A stretch of DNA of 63,856 bases, the filler included, from Octopus bimaculoides (lineage: Eukaryota): NCBI RefSeq assembly GCF_001194135.2. It is 8 parts of 8 records of this genome, joined end to end, with 100 filler letters (N's around TTAATTAATTAA, not from the genome) between each part and the next. Parts side by side here need not be neighbours in the genome. Positions count along the whole stretch, not along the records: positions 59,577 to 62,691 come from NC_068991.1; positions 62,792 to 63,856 come from NW_026343119.1; 6 more parts are not named here. The stretch is one strand, 5' to 3'. The notes below the pieces were generated by a model. The model had not been told where the DNA came from, did not search any database, and saw only the letters and a list, made by a program, of their open reading frames with translations. Made by a program: the position numbers and the translations under genes. Positions 60,081-63,856 of this stretch are shown in pieces. Numbering within the stretch: position 1 is the first letter of the stretch; each line of letters opens with the position of its first letter.

Positions 60081-60932
60081 GTTTCAAAAACAATGACTGA
60101 ATGAAGAATGACATCTTGAATTGTAATTAAATTTCNNNNNNNNNNNNNNNNNNNNNNNNNNNNNNNNNNNNNNNNNNNNNNNNNNNNNNNNNNNNNNNNN
60201 NNNNNNNNNNNNNNNNNNNNNNNNNNNNNNNNNNNNNNNNNNNNNNNNNNNNNNNNNNNNNNNNNNNNNNNNNNNNNNNNNNNNNNNNNNNNNNNNNNNN
60301 NNNNNNNNNNNNNNNNNNNNNNNNNNNNNNNNNNNNNNNNNNNNNNNNNNNNNNNNNNNNNNNNNNNNNNNNNNNNNNNNNNNNNNNNNNNNNNNNNNNN
60401 NNNNNNNNNNNNNNNNNNNNNNNNNNNNNNNNNNNNNNNNNNNNNNNNNNNNNNNNNNNNNNNNNNNNNNNNNNNNNNNNNNNNNNNNNNNNNNNNNNNN
60501 NNNNNNNNNNNNNNNNNNNNNNNNNNNNNNNNNNNNNNNNNNNNNNNNNNNNNNNNNNNNNNNNNNNNNNNNNNNNNNNNNNNNNNNNNNNNNNNNNNNN
60601 NNNNNNNNNNNNNNNNNNNNNNNNNNNNNNNNNNNNNNNNNNNNNNNNNNNNNNNNNNNNNNNNNNNNNNNNNNNNNNNNNNNNNNNNNNNNNNNNNNNN
60701 NNNNNNNNNNNNNNNNNNNNNNNNNNNNNNNNNNNNNNNNNNNNNNNNNNNNNNNNNNNNNNNNNNNNNNNNNNNNNNNNNNNNNNNNNNNNNNNNNNNN
60801 NNNNNNNNNNNNNNNNNNNNNNNNNNNNNNNNNNNNNNNNNNNNNNNNNNNNNNNNNNNNNNNNNNNNNNNNNNNNNNNNNNNNNNNNNNNNNNNNNNNN
60901 NNNNNNNNNNNNNNNNNNNNNNNNNNNNNNNN

Positions 60933-60993
<61 letters not shown>

Positions 60994-61082
60994 GTCTTCA
61001 ACAATCAAAGAGGTTAGAGAATTACTATTACTAAGTGTTTCGAAACCTTCACCTCCTATACCCAGGTTATAAATTCACATTT

Positions 61083-61397
61083 GGTTTGGCCTTCCATCGG
61101 GTACGACGAAAAGTGTTCCAGTTGATCCGACCAACGGAACAGGCTGCTATTGTACTTAACGTGCAAGTGGCTGAGCACTCCACAGACTCGCGTACCTTTA
61201 ATGTAATTCTCAGGGAGATTCAGCGTGACGCAGAATGTAACAAAGCTGGCCCTTTTGAATTAAAGGTACTCCTCATCTTTGCGAGCTGAGTGGACTTGAA
61301 ACAACGTGAAATAAAGTATTTTGCTCAAGGACTCAATGCGCCGCCGGGAATCGAACTCACGACCTAACGATCGTGAGCCAAAGAGCCTAATCACTTG
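61083..61397 (-). mobile_element. SINE family B, full length
   Basis: Revcomp collinear with 6886-7168, with the longer tail seen in 49669-50050. Confidence 0.8.
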
Positions 61398-61788
61398 ATT
61401 TTTGTGACTTGATCTCTAAGTTCCAATCTGGAAAAGCTAGGATTTTCAGGAAAAGAAATCAACCAGCTAACACTCAAAAATTGCAAAGACAATTTGTAAG
61501 TGGAACAGTAAAACTATACTGTTATCTACACCACAACGGTGAAGGTTAGTGTCTTTGTTAGATACCAGCTCCTTCCTCACAGGAAAACTTCAAATAATTA
61601 AGAATAGAAGAGAACATACAGATGCTCACACGCAAATATACACACAAGTCTCGAGACGGGTTTCCGTTCACCAAATTACACAGAACATTGATCAACCCGA
61701 TGTTATTATTAGTGCCGTCTTACATGGGCACAATAGGTAGTTACCCAAAGACCCCTGAGGGATCCAATTCTGATCTATGAATTTCGTG

Positions 61789-62173
61789 GGAGTGACTGTG
61801 TGGTAAGTAGCTTGCTTACCAACCACATGGTTCCGGGTTCAGTACCACTGCGTGGCACCTTGGGCAAGTGTCTTCTAATATCGCCTCGGGCCGATCAAAG
61901 CCTTGTGAGTGGATTTGGTAGATGGAAACTGAAAGAAGCCCGTCGTATATATGTATATATATATGTGTGTGTTTGTGTGTCTGTGTTTGTTCCCCCAACA
62001 TCGCTTGACAACCGATGCTGGTGTGTTTACGTCCCCGTAATTTAGCGGTTCGGCAAAAGAGACCGATAGAATAAGTACTAGGCTTACAAAGAATAAGTCC
62101 TGGGGTCGATTTGCTCGACTAAAGGCGGTGCTCCAGCATGGCCGCAGTCAAATGACTGAAACAAGTAAAAAAG
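61789..62173 (+). mobile_element. SINE family A, best-preserved full-length copy
   Basis: tRNA-like head, CACCTTGGGCAAGTGTCTTC (CORE-like) segment, short (TA)(TG) tract, body, TGAAACAAGTAAAA tail. Confidence 0.9.
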
Positions 62174-62229
62174 TACTATAAGGCCCAAATCATTGATTTA
62201 GCCGGGGACCTAAAATGTTGTCAAGACGA

Positions 62230-62340
62230 CCTAGGCAATAGTAGAAGACATTCGCTCAAAGTACAGCGCCCAGTAATAGGCGTCAAATCCAACGCCAGAC
62301 GGTTGTAAACAGGCTCCTTAACCATAACAGCCATGCCTAC
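62230..62340 (-). mobile_element. SINE family A head, degenerate
   Basis: GGCAATAGTAGAAGACATTCGCTCAAAGT...CTTAACCATAACAGCCATGCC. Confidence 0.45.
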
Positions 62341-62944
62341 GTTTGACTTGTAAACGAATGCAAGTCTAGAGTTGGCTGAGTTTTTCGTGAAACGAACATT
62401 TCTAAAAGTGATGAACGGCGTTAAGTTGCCTGTTACAACAGAGACAAATGGACATACCGACAGATTTACGGTCCGCCTTCTCTAACTAATGGCTGTGACG
62501 ATTAAGTAATAATCTGGATAGATGCTTTGTCTGTCATTATATACATCACTTTGGACATGGAAATAAACTAGTCGAGACTATTGAATTACTGTAATGGCCC
62601 AAGATAGTGTCATATCGTTTAGATTGATGCATGTACGCGTGTGCGTGAGTATATATGTGTGTATATGTATATATATATATATATATATATANNNNNNNNN
62701 NNNNNNNNNNNNNNNNNNNNNNNNNNNNNNNNNNNTTAATTAATTAANNNNNNNNNNNNNNNNNNNNNNNNNNNNNNNNNNNNNNNNNNNNATATAGCAT
62801 GCCCAGCTGACAACAAGGTATGCGATAAGGAAGACTGAAAATGCCTCATTGATAAGAACTTATTGGCTTTGAAACTAAGAAACCTTTGAAAGTTGATTCT
62901 GGTTTGGACCTGAAAGTTTTATCACTTAAAAATGTATTTAAATG

Positions 62945-63856
62945 CTTTAAAAAATGGTAGTCAGGGGCGAAAGATTAGGAGAATATGGAGGATGCGGTAA
63001 AGTCTCGTATCCTAAGTCTGTGAGTTTCTGCAGCATCATTCTTGCAACATGTGGCTTTGCATTATCGTGGAGCAGAATTGGGTCATATCGATTCACCAAT
63101 GCAAGTTTCGTTTTTTTGCAAGTGAGTATGTATTTCAGCGAGTTGATTGCAGTAAACCTCTGCTGTAATGCTCTGATTGGCTTCCAGAAAGCTGTAATGG
63201 ACAACACCAATTGCAGATCACCCGACAGTCACCATAATCTTTTGCTGATGCAACTTTGGCTTTGGGAAATGTTTGGGGGACTCATTACAATCAAGCCATT
63301 GACCTGATTATTTAAAGTCATCATAAAGGATCTGCTTTTCGTCACAAGTGCCTATTCGGTCAAGAAAAAGATCTTTGGTGTTTCGTAGAGAGAGCATCGA
63401 GCACACTTCAAAACACAGAACAGTTTTGATTTTCATTGAGCTCATACGGTACCCATTTATTGAACTTTATCACCTTACCAATCTTCTTCAGATTGTGTGT
63501 GATTGTTGCAATACTGATACCAAGTGCCTGAGACATTTCTCTGACACTTTGACGTGGGTTTTGTTCAACAATTGCTTTCAGTTGTTCATTGTCAAGACTG
63601 CATGACTGTCCGCTACCTTCTTCATCTTCAAGGCTCTCATCACCACTATGGAATTTCTGAAACCACCTTCGTACTGTGCGATCACTTGTGGACCCTCTCC
63701 CCATGCTCTGTTGATAATGACAGCAGTTTGGAAGGCATTGTGCCCAAGCTTAAATTCATGCAAGAAAAGTAAGCAAAGGTCCTTTTTTGTCATGTCAATA
63801 ATTAAGGGTGCCTACGCTTCAAGAATGTTTTCTGTCTGTAATAAGTAGAAAATTAT
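62945..63856 (-). mobile_element. Mariner (cecropia-type) transposon, frameshifted, truncated just after the third catalytic Asp region
   Basis: ATG 63793 MTKKDLCLLFLHEFKLGHNA; WFQKFHSGDESLED; KWVPYEL; PILLHDNAKPH; LPHPPYSPNLS; DYHFFK at about 62947-62965. Confidence 0.92.

Noticed and set aside
1-63856. CRISPR array, rRNA, or prokaryote/phage operon
   Set aside because: No repeat-spacer array, rRNA signature or gene-dense region; sequence is animal repeat DNA

Overview
Gene-poor, AT-rich, microsatellite-saturated animal DNA from a draft assembly. It is most likely a cephalopod (Octopus-like); this is inferred from the tRNA-derived SINE families and the (TA)n/(CA)n/(CATA)n/(CTAT)n load, not proven. 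No host protein-coding gene could be identified, and nearly all ORFs in the supplied track are microsatellite or N-run artefacts. Seven identical 100-bp spacers (44N-TTAATTAATTAA-44N) cut the window into eight separately assembled pieces. The recognisable content is a transposon graveyard. Retroelements: several modular SINE families, RTE LINE fragments, a decayed near-full Tx1/L1-clade LINE ORF2 plus a second copy, and two different Penelope-like (GIY-YIG) fragments. DNA elements: several mariner and DD37D/maT lineages, Tc1/mariner and hAT MITEs with target-site duplications, and a Helitron with its 5' TC end. The most unusual signals are fold-back structures. These are a perfect 107-bp inverted repeat extending 91 bp beyond a MITE (17295-17692), a mariner made of two 5' halves fused at a loop-less 42-bp palindrome (26050-26618), a long-TIR element with a 9-bp TSD and a TTAGGG core (12688-13384), and two larger inverted pairs (1332-2412, 33630-36290). 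There are also hammerhead-ribozyme-like remnants (best at 18398-18433). An Illumina adapter remnant lies at 52744-52760. I found no convincing new multi-gene system. Coordinates of degenerate elements are approximate, and family assignments come from motif recognition, not database searches.
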